From positions 672,001 to 736,000 of the forward strand of contig CBDATQ010000002.1 in NCBI GenBank assembly GCA_965199955.1: a stretch of DNA of 64,000 bases. Reading direction: 5' to 3'. The position numbers and the translations under genes are program-made. This DNA comes from Spirochaetia bacterium (GTDB lineage Bacteria; Spirochaetota; Spirochaetia; SZUA-6; Bin103). The notes beneath the pieces were generated by a model. The model saw nothing but the letters and a program-made list of their open reading frames with translations, was not told the DNA's origin and did no database searches. Shown here piece by piece: positions 29,130-39,642 of the stretch; position 1 is the first letter of the stretch, and each line of letters begins with the position of its first letter.

Positions 29130-31940
29130 GTGGTGGCAGAGAACCCGACCCGGAGGGTCGATCTCCCGCAACACGGTTCGGCCGCTTCCGCCGCAACCGC
29201 ATCCCGAGGGATCGGCAATGGAACGGAGCCGCCGGCTGCGTCGCGCCCCGTCGATCCCGGGGTCGCGCACGGCCGCAATGGCGGGGAGGCCTCCGATGTC
29301 GAGCTCCGCGAATGGGTGGAGTCGCTCGACTACGTCTACCGGACCGGCGGCGCCGAGCGGCTGCACGAGGTGCTGCGCACCCTGCACCGCTACGCGAAGG
29401 CGGTCGACGCGGATCTGCCTTTCACGGCCAACACCCCTTACGTCAACACCATCCCGCCGGACCGGGAGCCGCCGTATCCCGGCGACCGCGCCGTCGAGCG
29501 GCGCAACAAGAGCATCATCCGCTGGAATGCCATGGCGATGGTGGTCCGCGCCAACAAGAGCGACGACGGCATCGGCGGCCACATCAGCACCTTCGCGTCG
29601 GCTGCCACGCTGATCGAGGTGGCGCAGAACCACTTCCTGCGCGGGCCGGACAGCCCGCAAGGCGGCGACCAGGTCTACTTCCAGGGCCATGCCGCGCCCG
29701 GCATGTACGCGCGGGCGTTTCTGGAGGGCCGCCTGAGTGAGGAGCATCTCACCAACTTCCGGCGCGAGCTGGCTCCGGGCGGCGGCCTGTCGTCCTACCC
29801 GCACCCGTGGCTGATGCCGGACTTCTGGTCGTTTCCGACCGTCTCCATGGGGCTGAGCCCGATCCAGGCGATCTACCAGGCGCGCTTCAACCGCTACCTG
29901 CAGGACCGTGGCATCAAGCAGACCGACCGGCAGAAGGTGTGGGCCTTCCTGGGCGACGGCGAGATGGACGAACCGGAGTCCATGGGCTCGATCACGCTGG
30001 CGGCGCGCGAGCGGCTGGACAACCTGATCTTCGTGGTCAACTGCAACCTGCAGCGGCTCGATGGGCCGGTGCGCGGCAACGGCAAGATCATCCAGGAGCT
30101 GGAGGCCGCCTTCCGCGGCGCCGGCTGGAACGTGATCAAGGTGATCTGGGGCTCCGACTGGGACCCGCTGCTGGCCGCCGACCCCCACGAGCTGCTGCGC
30201 CGGCGCATGGAGGAGACCGTCGACGGCCAGTACCAGAAGTACACCGTCGAGCCGGGCTCCTACATCCGCGAGAACTTCTTCGGGACCGACCCGCGCCTGC
30301 TGGAGCTGGTGAAGGGCTACTCGGACGACGAGCTGCGCAAGCTGTACCGGGGCGGCCACGATCCGGCCAAGGTGCATGCGGCGTTCAGGGCGGCCGTCGA
30401 ACACACCGGTACGCCGACCGTGATCCTGGCCAAGACGATCAAGGGCTACGGCCTGGGAGAGGCGGGCGAAGGCAAGAACATCACCCACCAGCAGAAGAAA
30501 CTGAACCAGGACGAGCTGGTCGCCTTCCGCTCGCGCTTCGACATCCCGATCTCCGACGAGGAGGCGGCCGCGGCCACGTTCTATCTGCCCGACGAGCACG
30601 GCGGCCAGCGCACCTATCTGCGCGCCCGGCGTCAGGAGCTGGGCGGCTACCTGCCCGCGCGCGCCGCGCGGGCGGCACCGCTCACGGCGCCGCCCGTGGA
30701 GCTGTTCGCCGAGTTCCTGCACGGCACCGACGGCCGCGAGGCGTCGAGCACCATGGCATTCGTGCGCATCCTCACCAAGCTGCTTCGCGACAAGGAGATC
30801 GGGCCGCTGGTCGTTCCCATCGTCCCGGACGAGGCGCGCACCTTCGGCATGGAGCCGCTGTTCCGGCAGGTGGGCATCTACTCGAGCGTCGGGCAGCTCT
30901 ACGAGCCGGTGGACCGGGAGAACCTGCTCTACTACAAGGAGGCCAAGGACGGCCAGGTGCTGGAGGAAGGCATCACCGAGGCGGGATCGTTCTCGTCCTT
31001 CATCGCCGCCGGCAACGCCTACGCCACGCACGGGGTGAATACCATCCCATTCTTCATCTACTACTCGATGTTCGGCTTCCAGCGGATCGGCGACCTGATC
31101 TGGGCGGCTGCCGACATGCGCTGCAAGGGCTTCTTCCTGGGCGGCACCTCCGGCCGCACCACCCTCAACGGCGAGGGCCTGCAGCACCAGGACGGCCACA
31201 GCCACGTCGCCGCGCTGGCGGTGCCGACGCTGCGTTCCTACGACCCCACCTACGCGTACGAGCTGGCGGTGATCATCGAGGACGGCATCCGGCGCATGTA
31301 CGTAGACCAGGAGGAGGGCTTCTACTACCTCACGGTCATGAACGAGAACTACCCGATGCCGCCGATCCCGGAACCCGTGGAGGACACGCGCGAGGGTATC
31401 CTGCGCGGCCTGTACCGGTTCAGCGCCGGCGACTCGGACGCGAAGCTGCCCAAGGCGCACCTGCTCGGCTCGGGCGCCATCCTCAACGAGGCGGTGCAGG
31501 CGGCGGCGCTCCTCGCGGACTTGGGCGTCTCCACCGACGTGTGGAGCGTCACCAGCTACCAGCAGCTCTACCGGGACATCGCCGAGACTGAGCGGCACAA
31601 CGTGCTGCATCCGGGACGGAAGCCGCGGCAGTCGTACGTGGCGCGCGCCTTCGCCGGCGAGCGCGGCGTGTTCGTCGCCGCCACCGATTACCTGCGCGTG
31701 CTGCCGGCGCTCATCGCCGACCATCTGCCGGGGCCGGTGGCCCGGCTCGGAACCGACGGCTTCGGGCGCAGCGACACCCGCGCCGGCCTGCGCGACCACT
31801 TCGAGGTGAGTGCCCGCTACATCGCGCTGGCGGCGCTGCAGCGGCTGTCTGTCGAAGGGGCGATCGACGAGCGCGCGCTGAAGCGCGGCATCCGGCGGCT
31901 CGACGTGGATCCCGACAAGCACAACCCGTTGTCCGCCTGA
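29130..31940 (+). CDS. aceE: Pyruvate dehydrogenase E1, homodimeric type (start uncertain)
   Basis: RWNAMAMV, GGHIS, SSYPHP, FLGDGEMDEPES, NCNLQRLDGPV, EEGITEAG, GEGLQHQDG, LGTDGFGRSD. Confidence 0.96.
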   Translation: MVAENPTRRVDLPQHGSAASAATASRGIGNGTEPPAASRPVDPGVAHGRNGGEASDVELREWVESLDYVYRTGGAERLHEVLRTLHRYAKAVDADLPFTANTPYVNTIPPDREPPYPGDRAVERRNKSIIRWNAMAMVVRANKSDDGIGGHISTFASAATLIEVAQNHFLRGPDSPQGGDQVYFQGHAAPGMYARAFLEGRLSEEHLTNFRRELAPGGGLSSYPHPWLMPDFWSFPTVSMGLSPIQAIYQARFNRYLQDRGIKQTDRQKVWAFLGDGEMDEPESMGSITLAARERLDNLIFVVNCNLQRLDGPVRGNGKIIQELEAAFRGAGWNVIKVIWGSDWDPLLAADPHELLRRRMEETVDGQYQKYTVEPGSYIRENFFGTDPRLLELVKGYSDDELRKLYRGGHDPAKVHAAFRAAVEHTGTPTVILAKTIKGYGLGEAGEGKNITHQQKKLNQDELVAFRSRFDIPISDEEAAAATFYLPDEHGGQRTYLRARRQELGGYLPARAARAAPLTAPPVELFAEFLHGTDGREASSTMAFVRILTKLLRDKEIGPLVVPIVPDEARTFGMEPLFRQVGIYSSVGQLYEPVDRENLLYYKEAKDGQVLEEGITEAGSFSSFIAAGNAYATHGVNTIPFFIYYSMFGFQRIGDLIWAAADMRCKGFFLGGTSGRTTLNGEGLQHQDGHSHVAALAVPTLRSYDPTYAYELAVIIEDGIRRMYVDQEEGFYYLTVMNENYPMPPIPEPVEDTREGILRGLYRFSAGDSDAKLPKAHLLGSGAILNEAVQAAALLADLGVSTDVWSVTSYQQLYRDIAETERHNVLHPGRKPRQSYVARAFAGERGVFVAATDYLRVLPALIADHLPGPVARLGTDGFGRSDTRAGLRDHFEVSARYIALAALQRLSVEGAIDERALKRGIRRLDVDPDKHNPLSA

Positions 31941-31954
31941 GATGGATCGGTGAG

Positions 31955-33289
31955 ATGGCGATAGAGATCAAGTTGCCCGTGCTGGGCGAGGGGGTCGACT
32001 CCGGCACGGTAGCCGGCGTCCTGGCCGCCACGGGAGACACGGTGGCGGCGGATGCGCCGCTGATCGAGCTGGAGACCGACAAGGCCGTGATCGAGGTGCC
32101 GGCCACCGAGTCCGGTGTCGTCGCCTCGCTGCCGGTCAAGGCAGGCGACACCGTCGCCGTCGGGCAGGTGATCGCCACCATCGAGCCGGGTGGCGAACCG
32201 GATGGCGAACCGGCCGCTGCTCCTGCCGAGGAACCCGCTGCCGCGCCGCCAGCCGCGGCTGCATCGGCACCCGCCGCGGAGCCTGCGGCCGTCGCCGCAC
32301 CGACGCCGGCTCCACCCGTGACGCCGCCGGCCCCGGCTGTTCGAGCGCCCTCCGCGTCGGAGCCGGCCGACGAGTTCAACCTGCCGGAGTGGCCGATCCC
32401 GGCCACTCCGAACACCCGCCGTTTCGCGCGCGAACTGGGCGTCGACATCACCTCGGTGCAGGCCACCGGCAACGGCGGCCGCATCCTGTCCGGCGACGTG
32501 GTGCGCACCGCGCGTTCGTTGCTGGAGTCGGCAGCCTCGGGCGGAGGCCCGGAGGCCCCGCCGCCGCTGCCCGACTTCAGCCGCTGGGGAGCGGTGGAGC
32601 GCGAGCCGATGAGCGGCATCCGCCGTACCACGGCCGTGCACCTGTCCACCTCGTGGACGACCATCCCGCACGTCACCCAGCACGACGATGCCGACGTGAC
32701 CGACCTGGAGCAGCTCCGCAAGCGCTTCGGCCCGCGCGTGCAGGAGGCGGGCGGCAAGCTCACCATGACCGCGATCGCGGTGCGGGTGGTGGCCGGCGCC
32801 CTGCGGGTCTTTCCCCGCTTCGCGTCCAGCGTCGACATGGCCAGCCGCGAGGTGATCCTCAAGCGCTACACCCACGTGGGCGTGGCGGTCGACACCGACC
32901 GGGGTCTGCTGGTACCGGTGATCCGCGACGCCGACCGCAAGAACGTGACCGAGCTTTCGGTCGAGATCGGCGAGGTGGCCGCGCGCGCGCGCGCCGGAAA
33001 GCTCACCCTGGAGGAGATGCAGGGCGGCTGCTTCACCATCACCAACCTGGGCGGCCTGGGCGGCACGTCGTTCACCCCGATCGTCAACCATCCGGAGGTG
33101 GCCATCCTGGGCATGTCACGCTCCCGCGTCACGCCGGTGCATCGCGCCGGAGGCTTCGAGCCACGGCTGTTGCTGCCGCTGTCGCTTTCCTACGACCACC
33201 GCGCTATCGACGGCGCCGACGCCGTGCGCTTCCTGCGCTGGATCGTCGAGGCGCTGGAGAACCCCTTCCTGCTGTCTCTGGAGGGATAG
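31955..33289 (+). CDS. aceF: Dihydrolipoamide acetyltransferase E2 (one lipoyl domain)
   Basis: ETDKA lipoyl site, Ala/Pro linker, ATP..RRFARELG E3-binding domain, YDHRAIDG. Confidence 0.93.
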   Translation: MAIEIKLPVLGEGVDSGTVAGVLAATGDTVAADAPLIELETDKAVIEVPATESGVVASLPVKAGDTVAVGQVIATIEPGGEPDGEPAAAPAEEPAAAPPAAAASAPAAEPAAVAAPTPAPPVTPPAPAVRAPSASEPADEFNLPEWPIPATPNTRRFARELGVDITSVQATGNGGRILSGDVVRTARSLLESAASGGGPEAPPPLPDFSRWGAVEREPMSGIRRTTAVHLSTSWTTIPHVTQHDDADVTDLEQLRKRFGPRVQEAGGKLTMTAIAVRVVAGALRVFPRFASSVDMASREVILKRYTHVGVAVDTDRGLLVPVIRDADRKNVTELSVEIGEVAARARAGKLTLEEMQGGCFTITNLGGLGGTSFTPIVNHPEVAILGMSRSRVTPVHRAGGFEPRLLLPLSLSYDHRAIDGADAVRFLRWIVEALENPFLLSLEG

Positions 33290-33304
33290 CAGGCCGGACC
33301 GCCG

Positions 33305-34112
33305 TTACCAGTTGGCGGTGCGCGCGACGCCGAGTTGCTCGAACAGCGGAGCCTGCCCGGCGAGGCGGGCCCGAAAGTCGGACCAGTCGCGCGCTTCGGG
33401 TGGGCTCCACGTACTCGGTCCAGAGGCACGCCTGTGAGCCGATGATCCTGCCTGCCTCCTGCTCGTCGAGCTCGGCCGGCACCGGATCGAGGGCGTAGGC
33501 GGTCTCCAGGGAGAGCCGCCGCGTCTGATGCCCGGGCGGCCGCGGCGGGTCGTACGGGGTGTAGTTGAGGTAGGTCGAGGGGTTGGGCGTCATGATCACC
33601 CGGTGGCCACGCCGCGCCGCCTCGATGCCGCGGTCGGCTCCGCGCCACGCCATGATCACCGTGTCGCCGCCCGGACCGTTCCCTTCCAGTACCTCGTCCC
33701 AGCCGATCACCGTGCGGCCGCGCTCGCGGAGGTAGTGGCAGGCGCGGCGTACGAACCAGGCCTGCAACTCCTCCGGAGAGGAGAAGCCCTCGTCCTGCAT
33801 GCGCCGCTGGCACCTGGAGCACGCCGTCCAGCGATCCTTTGGGACCTCGTCCCCGCCGATGTGCACGTACGGGCTCGGAAACAGATCCAGAACCTCGTCC
33901 CACACCCGTTCCAGGAACTCGAACACGTCGTCGTTGCCGGCGCAGCAGACGTCCTTGTAGATCCCCCAGGTCGTGCCCACATCGAACGGGCCGCCGGTAC
34001 AGGACAGGTTCGGATAGGCGGCCAGGGCCGCTGCGCAGTGGCCGGGCAGCTCGACCTCCGGGACGACGGTGACGTGCCGGGCCTGCGCGTAGCGGATCAC
34101 GTCCCGGACATC
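33305..34112 (-). pseudogene. GH20 beta-N-acetylhexosaminidase remnant (5'-truncated, internal deletion near 33410)
   Basis: VVPEVELPGH, HIGGDE, IGWDE and CLWTEY. It then jumps frame to WSPPEARDWSDFRARL...LGV, skipping the PR..A.AE segment. Confidence 0.85.
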
Positions 34113-34221
34113 ATGATAGTGCGCCGAACCGGAGATGGGGTCACGCGGCTGACGCTGTCGACCGAGCACCGGCTGATCCCGGCCGTTGCCACGCGCCAGT
34201 CCCGGATGACACGATCGGCGC

Positions 34222-35241
34222 ATGGCTGACAGCGTGCGGCTGGCCTTGGTCGGCTGCGGCGCGATCGCCGGCTACCACGCCAAGGCGATACGCTCCATCG
34301 ACCGCATCGAGATCGCGGCGGCGATCGATCCCAAGCGAGAAGCCGCCGAGTCCCTGGCCGAGGAGTACGGCGTCGGCGCGTTCGCGACCATCGAGGAGGC
34401 GGCAGCGACGGTCGATTTCGACGCCGTGGACATCATGACGCCCCACGACCTGCACGAGGCGCTGACCGAGCAGGCCCTCGCGTTGGGCAAGCACGTGCTC
34501 CTGGAGAAGCCGATCGCGCAGGACCTGACCACGGCCGAGCGCGTGCTTGCCACCGGCACCGCGGCCGATCAGGCGTTCATGGTCGGCGAAAACTCCCAGT
34601 ACTGGCCGGACGTGGTGGCGGTCGAACGCCTGCTCCGGGACGGCGCCGTGGGAGAAGTGATCGCCGCGCAGGCCGCGTTCGAATGCCGGTTCGATCCGTT
34701 CTGGTATCCAGGGAACCGTCCCTGGCGCTTCGACCTGCAGCGCACCGGCGGCGGTGTGGTCATCGACGGCGGCGCACACTGGATCAGGCCGCTGCGCGTC
34801 TGGCTGGGAGAGATCGACGCAGTCGTCGGCACCACCGGCAGGCCGATCGGGGGGATGGACGGCGAGTCGCTCGCGCAGGCGTTGCTGCGCTTCGAGTCGG
34901 GCGTGATCGCATCGTTCCTGGCGCTGACGTCGCCGGCGAACCTGTCGGACATGCCGTGGTTTCGCGTGATGGGCACGAAGGGCGAGGTGCTGATCCGCGG
35001 CGGTTTCGAGGGCGGCGGCGTCGAGCTGTACGACGAAGATCATCCGCAGGGACAGGCACTGCCGGGCGATCACGGCTACTTCCACTCGTTCCAGCCGGAG
35101 TTGGAGGACTTTGCGGCGCTGGTCCTGGACGGCAAGCCGCCGGTGGCGCCTCCGAAGAAGGCGCTGGGAGAGATGCGGACCGCCATCGCGCTCTACCGCT
35201 CGGCACGGAGCGGGGCGTGGGAGTCGGTCTGGAACGCCTGA
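34222..35241 (+). CDS. Gfo/Idh/MocA family oxidoreductase
   Basis: LVGCGAI, GKHVLLEKP, GGGVVIDGGAH. Confidence 0.92.
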   Translation: MADSVRLALVGCGAIAGYHAKAIRSIDRIEIAAAIDPKREAAESLAEEYGVGAFATIEEAAATVDFDAVDIMTPHDLHEALTEQALALGKHVLLEKPIAQDLTTAERVLATGTAADQAFMVGENSQYWPDVVAVERLLRDGAVGEVIAAQAAFECRFDPFWYPGNRPWRFDLQRTGGGVVIDGGAHWIRPLRVWLGEIDAVVGTTGRPIGGMDGESLAQALLRFESGVIASFLALTSPANLSDMPWFRVMGTKGEVLIRGGFEGGGVELYDEDHPQGQALPGDHGYFHSFQPELEDFAALVLDGKPPVAPPKKALGEMRTAIALYRSARSGAWESVWNA

Positions 35242-35257
35242 GCGGAGGGAGCACGGT

Positions 35258-36136
35258 ATGAGCATGGCGGCGATGACGGCCGTGACGCCGTTTCGCACCG
35301 TGGCCGAAGACGGTTGGGCGGACGCGGCGCGGGAGGACGGCTACCTGTACCTTCCGGGGTTGCTCCCCGCGGACGCGGTGCTGGCCGTGCGGAAGGAGGT
35401 CACGGCCGTCGCCGCGCGCCACGGCCTGCTCCAGTCCGGGACGGCGACCGGTGACGCCGTCGCCGAGCAGAATGCCTTCGTGCACGAGAGCAACCCAACG
35501 CCAGAGTACAGAGCCTACTACAACGACCTGATGCGCCTGCGCGCCGTGCACGCGCTCGCGGTTCGCCCGGAGTTGATCGGCGTGCTGGAGACGGTGCTGG
35601 GCGAGTCCGTTCTGGCTCATCCGCGCAACATCGTGAGGACTGTGTTCCCGAGCCGACCGTCCATCACCACCGCACCCCACCAGGACCACCGGCCGATCAA
35701 GGCGTCGCCGGAGGTGTGGACCGCCTGGATCCCGCTCGGCGACTGCCCGGAACAGCTCGGCGGCCTGGCGGTCGTCCCAGGGTCCCATCGGGCCGGCCTG
35801 CACCCGGTGGAGGCAGGCACGATCTACTTCGAGACGGCCGGCGATGTGGCGTGGCGCTGGAGCCCCATGCGGTGCGGCGACATGCTGCTGTTCCACAGCC
35901 TGACCGTCCACCAGGCGCGCGACAACCGGTCGCCCGACCGGATCAGGTTCTCCTGCGACTTTCGCTATCAGGGCCGCAGCACGCCCGTGCACCACTACTC
36001 GCTGATGCCGCACATGGGGTGGAAGGGCTGGGAGGAGATCTACGCCGGCTGGGCGGCCGACGATCCCCTGCGCTACTACTGGCGGGACTGGCCGCTCGAC
36101 ATCCGCAGCGACGACCGGCTGCTTGCGTCATCGTAG
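35258..36136 (+). CDS. PhyH-family Fe(II)/2-oxoglutarate dioxygenase
   Basis: EDGYLY, PHQD, WIPLGDC, VVPGSH, FHSLTVH, RFSCDFRY. Confidence 0.9.
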   Translation: MSMAAMTAVTPFRTVAEDGWADAAREDGYLYLPGLLPADAVLAVRKEVTAVAARHGLLQSGTATGDAVAEQNAFVHESNPTPEYRAYYNDLMRLRAVHALAVRPELIGVLETVLGESVLAHPRNIVRTVFPSRPSITTAPHQDHRPIKASPEVWTAWIPLGDCPEQLGGLAVVPGSHRAGLHPVEAGTIYFETAGDVAWRWSPMRCGDMLLFHSLTVHQARDNRSPDRIRFSCDFRYQGRSTPVHHYSLMPHMGWKGWEEIYAGWAADDPLRYYWRDWPLDIRSDDRLLASS

Positions 36137-36159
36137 CGCGCACGAGGTAGGGCTCGGCG

Positions 36160-37593
36160 TTGGACTTCGACTCCTACGATATCGACCAGGCATGTTACGA
36201 CGAGATGTTTCTGCCCGGCGGCGCGCCGCGCCAGCACTTCCGGGCGCTCCACCAGGAACTGCGCCGCCTGCCCGTCGAGGAGCTTGCGAGCATCCAGGAA
36301 AGGGTGACGCGCTCGTTCTCCACCGAAGGGATTACCTTTACCGTCTACGGTGACGCCGAGGCAGAGGAGCGGATCATCCCCGTGGACTGCGTGCCGCGGG
36401 TGCTCACTGCGGATGAGTGGCGGCACCTGGAGGCGGGCCTCACGCAGCGGCTGAAGGCGCTGAACCTGTTTCTCGCCGACATCTACGATACCGCCCGCGT
36501 CGTGGCCGACGGCGTCGTCCCGTCGGACATGGTGTACGGCTGCCCCCAATTCCGGGCGCAGATGCGCGGGTTCCGGGCGCCCCACGGGACCTGGGTCGCC
36601 ATCTGCGGCACCGACCTGGTGCGCACCAACGACGGCTTCCGGGTGCTGGAGGACAACCTCCGCGTGCCGTCCGGAGTCTCCTACATGATCGCCAACCGCA
36701 GGGCCGTCAAGGCGAACTTCCGTCGCCTCTACCGCAGCTCCCGCGTGCGGGAGGTCGAGCACTACGGGCGCGTGTTGCTGACCACGCTGCGCGAGCTGGC
36801 GCCCGCCGGCCGCTCAGATCCCGTGATCGCGCTGCTCACGCCCGGGGTCTACAACTCCGCGTTCTACGAGCACATGTTCCTGGCCGGCGAGCTCGGCGCG
36901 GAGCTGGTGGAGGGCCGCGACCTGGTGGTGCGCGACGGCTGCGTCTATATGCGCACGACGGACGCCCTGCGCCGCGTCGACGTGATCTACCGGCGTCTGG
37001 ACGATGACTTCATCGACCCTCGGGAGTTCCGCGCGGACTCCCTGCTCGGCGTGCCGGGCCTGATGGACGCCTGCCGGCGCGGCAACGTGACGCTCGCGAA
37101 CGCGCCGGGCACCGGCGTCGCGGACGACAAGAGCGTCTACGCGTTCGTGCCCGACATGATCCGCTACTACCTCGGCGAAGAGCCGCTGATCGCCAACATC
37201 GAGACCTACCTGTGCCGCCGTCCTGAGGACCTGGAGTACGCGCTGGACAACATCGAGCGCCTGGTGTTCAAGCGGGTGGGGGAGTCGGGCGGCTACGGGA
37301 TGCTGATCGGCCCGCACGCCACGCCGGGCGAGCGCGACGAGTATGCCCGCCAGGTGCGCGCCGATCCCGCCGACTTCATCGCCCAGCCGACCCTGGCTCT
37401 GTCACGCGCTCCCTGCCTGATCGACGGCCGCTTCGAGCCGCGCCACGTCGACCTGCGCCCGTTCATCCTGCACGGCCGCCGCACCCGCATCGTGCCGGGC
37501 GCGTTCTGCCGCGTGGCGCTGCGCCGCGGCAGCCTCGTGGTGAACTCCAGCCAGGGCGGCGGCGGCAAGGACCTCTGGGTGCTCGGGGACTGA
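36160..37593 (+). CDS. Circularly permuted ATP-grasp type 2 protein
   Basis: YDEM, VLEDNLRVPSGVSY, LTPG.YNSAFYEH, VDVIYRR, DDKS, HVDLRP, VVNSSQGGG.KD. Confidence 0.93.
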   Translation: MDFDSYDIDQACYDEMFLPGGAPRQHFRALHQELRRLPVEELASIQERVTRSFSTEGITFTVYGDAEAEERIIPVDCVPRVLTADEWRHLEAGLTQRLKALNLFLADIYDTARVVADGVVPSDMVYGCPQFRAQMRGFRAPHGTWVAICGTDLVRTNDGFRVLEDNLRVPSGVSYMIANRRAVKANFRRLYRSSRVREVEHYGRVLLTTLRELAPAGRSDPVIALLTPGVYNSAFYEHMFLAGELGAELVEGRDLVVRDGCVYMRTTDALRRVDVIYRRLDDDFIDPREFRADSLLGVPGLMDACRRGNVTLANAPGTGVADDKSVYAFVPDMIRYYLGEEPLIANIETYLCRRPEDLEYALDNIERLVFKRVGESGGYGMLIGPHATPGERDEYARQVRADPADFIAQPTLALSRAPCLIDGRFEPRHVDLRPFILHGRRTRIVPGAFCRVALRRGSLVVNSSQGGGGKDLWVLGD

Positions 37594-37595
37594 GC

Positions 37596-38573
37596 ATGCT
37601 TGCGCGCAGCGCCCAGGGCCTCTACTGGATGAGCCGTTACCTCGAGCGCGCACAGCACCTCTGCCGCCTGTTGCGGCTGCAGACCGAGGCGCTGGTGGAC
37701 CGCCCGGTGCGGGAGATCCGCTTCGGCTGGCACCGCATCTACCAGGGCATCGGCCGGCAGCCGCCGGAGGGCAGCCTGGAAGCGTTCGACAGCGAGGACT
37801 ACACGCTGGCGGACTCCTACACCCTGGCCGACGACCTCACCTTCGAGCGCCTGCATGCGGACTCCGTCTGGAGCTGCCTTGCGCTCGGCCGCGAGAACGC
37901 CCGCCAGATGCGGCAGTGCATCAGCGCCGAGGTGTGGACGTGTCTCAACCGGACCTACCTGCGCGTCCGCGACCTGGAGATCCAGAACATCTGGCGCACC
38001 TCTCCTGAGAGCTTCTACGCGCGCACCGCGGAGGAGGTCGACACCCTGTCGGGAGTGGCCGCGGCGACCATGTACCGCGACACGGGCTGGAGCTTCATCC
38101 AGCTCGGGCGCGCCGTCGAGCGAGCGCAGCTCTCCGCCGCCCTGCTGCTGGCGCAGCTCGCCACCGAGCGCATCAGCGGCGAGCCGGATGACGCCGACTG
38201 GACCAGCCTGCTGCGGTGCTGTCACGCCCTGGAGACCTACAACCGCCTCGGCAGCGTCTCGGTCGAACCGGCCCGTGTCATGGACCTGCTGGTCACCGAC
38301 CCGCTGTTGCCCGCATCGCTCCGCAGGGCGCTCGACGACATGGCAACGGCGCTCGTCGCTATCGGCCCCGGTCCGCCGGTACGTCCCGGCGGGGATGCGC
38401 ATCACACGGCCGGCCGGCTGACGGCCCTGGTGCACGACGAGTGGCCGCGCCGTGAGGATCGCGAGGAACTGCTGCGGGACGTGCTTGCGCACTGCCGCAC
38501 GCTCCACCAACTGGTGAACGCCACCTACTTCGAGTACCCGGTCGAAGAGCTGACGGCCGGCGGCTCAACGTAG
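37596..38573 (+). CDS. Alpha-E domain protein
   Basis: MLAR.A..LYWMSRYLERA, RENAR..R..IS.E.W, GRAVERA; starts 2 nt after the ATP-grasp gene. Confidence 0.9.
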   Translation: MLARSAQGLYWMSRYLERAQHLCRLLRLQTEALVDRPVREIRFGWHRIYQGIGRQPPEGSLEAFDSEDYTLADSYTLADDLTFERLHADSVWSCLALGRENARQMRQCISAEVWTCLNRTYLRVRDLEIQNIWRTSPESFYARTAEEVDTLSGVAAATMYRDTGWSFIQLGRAVERAQLSAALLLAQLATERISGEPDDADWTSLLRCCHALETYNRLGSVSVEPARVMDLLVTDPLLPASLRRALDDMATALVAIGPGPPVRPGGDAHHTAGRLTALVHDEWPRREDREELLRDVLAHCRTLHQLVNATYFEYPVEELTAGGST

Positions 38574-38629
38574 GTCCCTGAGCCGAGTATGCCTGCGCCG
38601 CAACGTCCGAGCGAGAGATACTGCAGCTT

Positions 38630-39100
38630 TGCACCGGGCGCCGTGCACGGCGAGACACGGTATGTGCTTCCCACTCTGACGAACGATCTGGCTAAGGGTA
38701 CTCACGCCGTAGAACGCAGCGCTGGGATCGGAGTATTCGACCTCGATCTTCGTGCCATCGACGGTCAGGAGATAGGAATCGTCGGCGAGTGAGGGGTTCT
38801 TTCCGAAGCCCGATGTTCCACTCCTCGTCGTCCAATCCGTATGACAGGTAACCGGGGCTTATCGGCATGATCAGACAGTCTTCGGCCCCCGAGTACCCAT
38901 CGTTCTGCACACTCTGGACCGTTTCGATCATGCGGTCGTAGAGGTAGGCGTACGCCCCCGCCATGCCATCTGCGGCCGCCATTTCATCGTTCGGCCACCT
39001 CTTCCGACAATCCGGGCAGCGTTGCAGCCATGTTCCGGCGTCAACCCTTCGTCTTCCTGGTGGATGTAGAGGGCGCCGGGCTCCGCTTCCTGCACGAACG
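38630..39100 (-). pseudogene. Fragmented gene(s) including a GH20 domain-2 (zincin-like) piece
   Basis: An alternate frame at ~38802-38630 reads DDSYLLTVDGTKIEVEYSDPSAAFYGVSTLSQIV...IPCLAV, matching the ESYxL...FYG..TL.Q pattern. The piece 5' of it (RCPDCRKRWP...) is in another frame. Confidence 0.5.
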
Positions 39101-39232
39101 TCCGGATGAGAATGGGCGAGGGGGACGCTCTGCGACGGAGGGGAGGTAGGCGCCACAGGCGGAGGCGACGGCGTCGAGCGGGCCGGAGCACTTGCGGAGC
39201 GGACACGACGAATCTCGGGAAGCGAGTTCCCC

Positions 39233-39469
39233 TTGGCGTCTGGCTGCGGCGTTCGCGTCCATGGCCGCTTTCATGCTGCTGAAAACTCTGATCGGCATGA
39301 GGATGCCGTCGCTGTTTTGCAGCGATCATCGGAACACGTTCGCACGGATGACACACCTGAATTGCGCCGAATAGGGGCTGCGTCCGTGGCGAAAAAGGGC
39401 GATCTTCTTGCCAAGATGAACCGCGATGAAGAGGCTATCTCCGCAAGGATGAGAGTTGAGGACCGTTGA
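39233..39469 (+). pseudogene. TPR-repeat gene remnant
   Basis: RHEDAVAVL...DDTPELRRIGAASVAKKGDLLAKMNRDEEAISA resembles the TPR units of 16288-18711. Confidence 0.45.
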
Positions 39470-39642
39470 GGTGAAACGCTGGATCAACGCGATACCTCCG
39501 TGTGCATCGGTGGCAAGAAGTTTCCGGACAAGGAGAGTCGCCGCTTGACTGACGGGGTTATGGCGAGGTCTGCGCTGGCCGAACGAATGGAGCCCGTGTG
39601 GCATGGTGACCCAAGGCGTCCTCGCATGCCACCGTCTGCACC

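Noticed and set aside
29118..31922. 934-aa minus-strand ORF (likewise 51018-53888 and 5242-7755)
   Set aside because: These are stop-poor shadow frames of real high-GC genes, with no motifs and biased composition.
32190..32370. Repetitive GCC/CCG-rich DNA
   Set aside because: Ordinary Ala/Pro/Glu linker of the E2 subunit.
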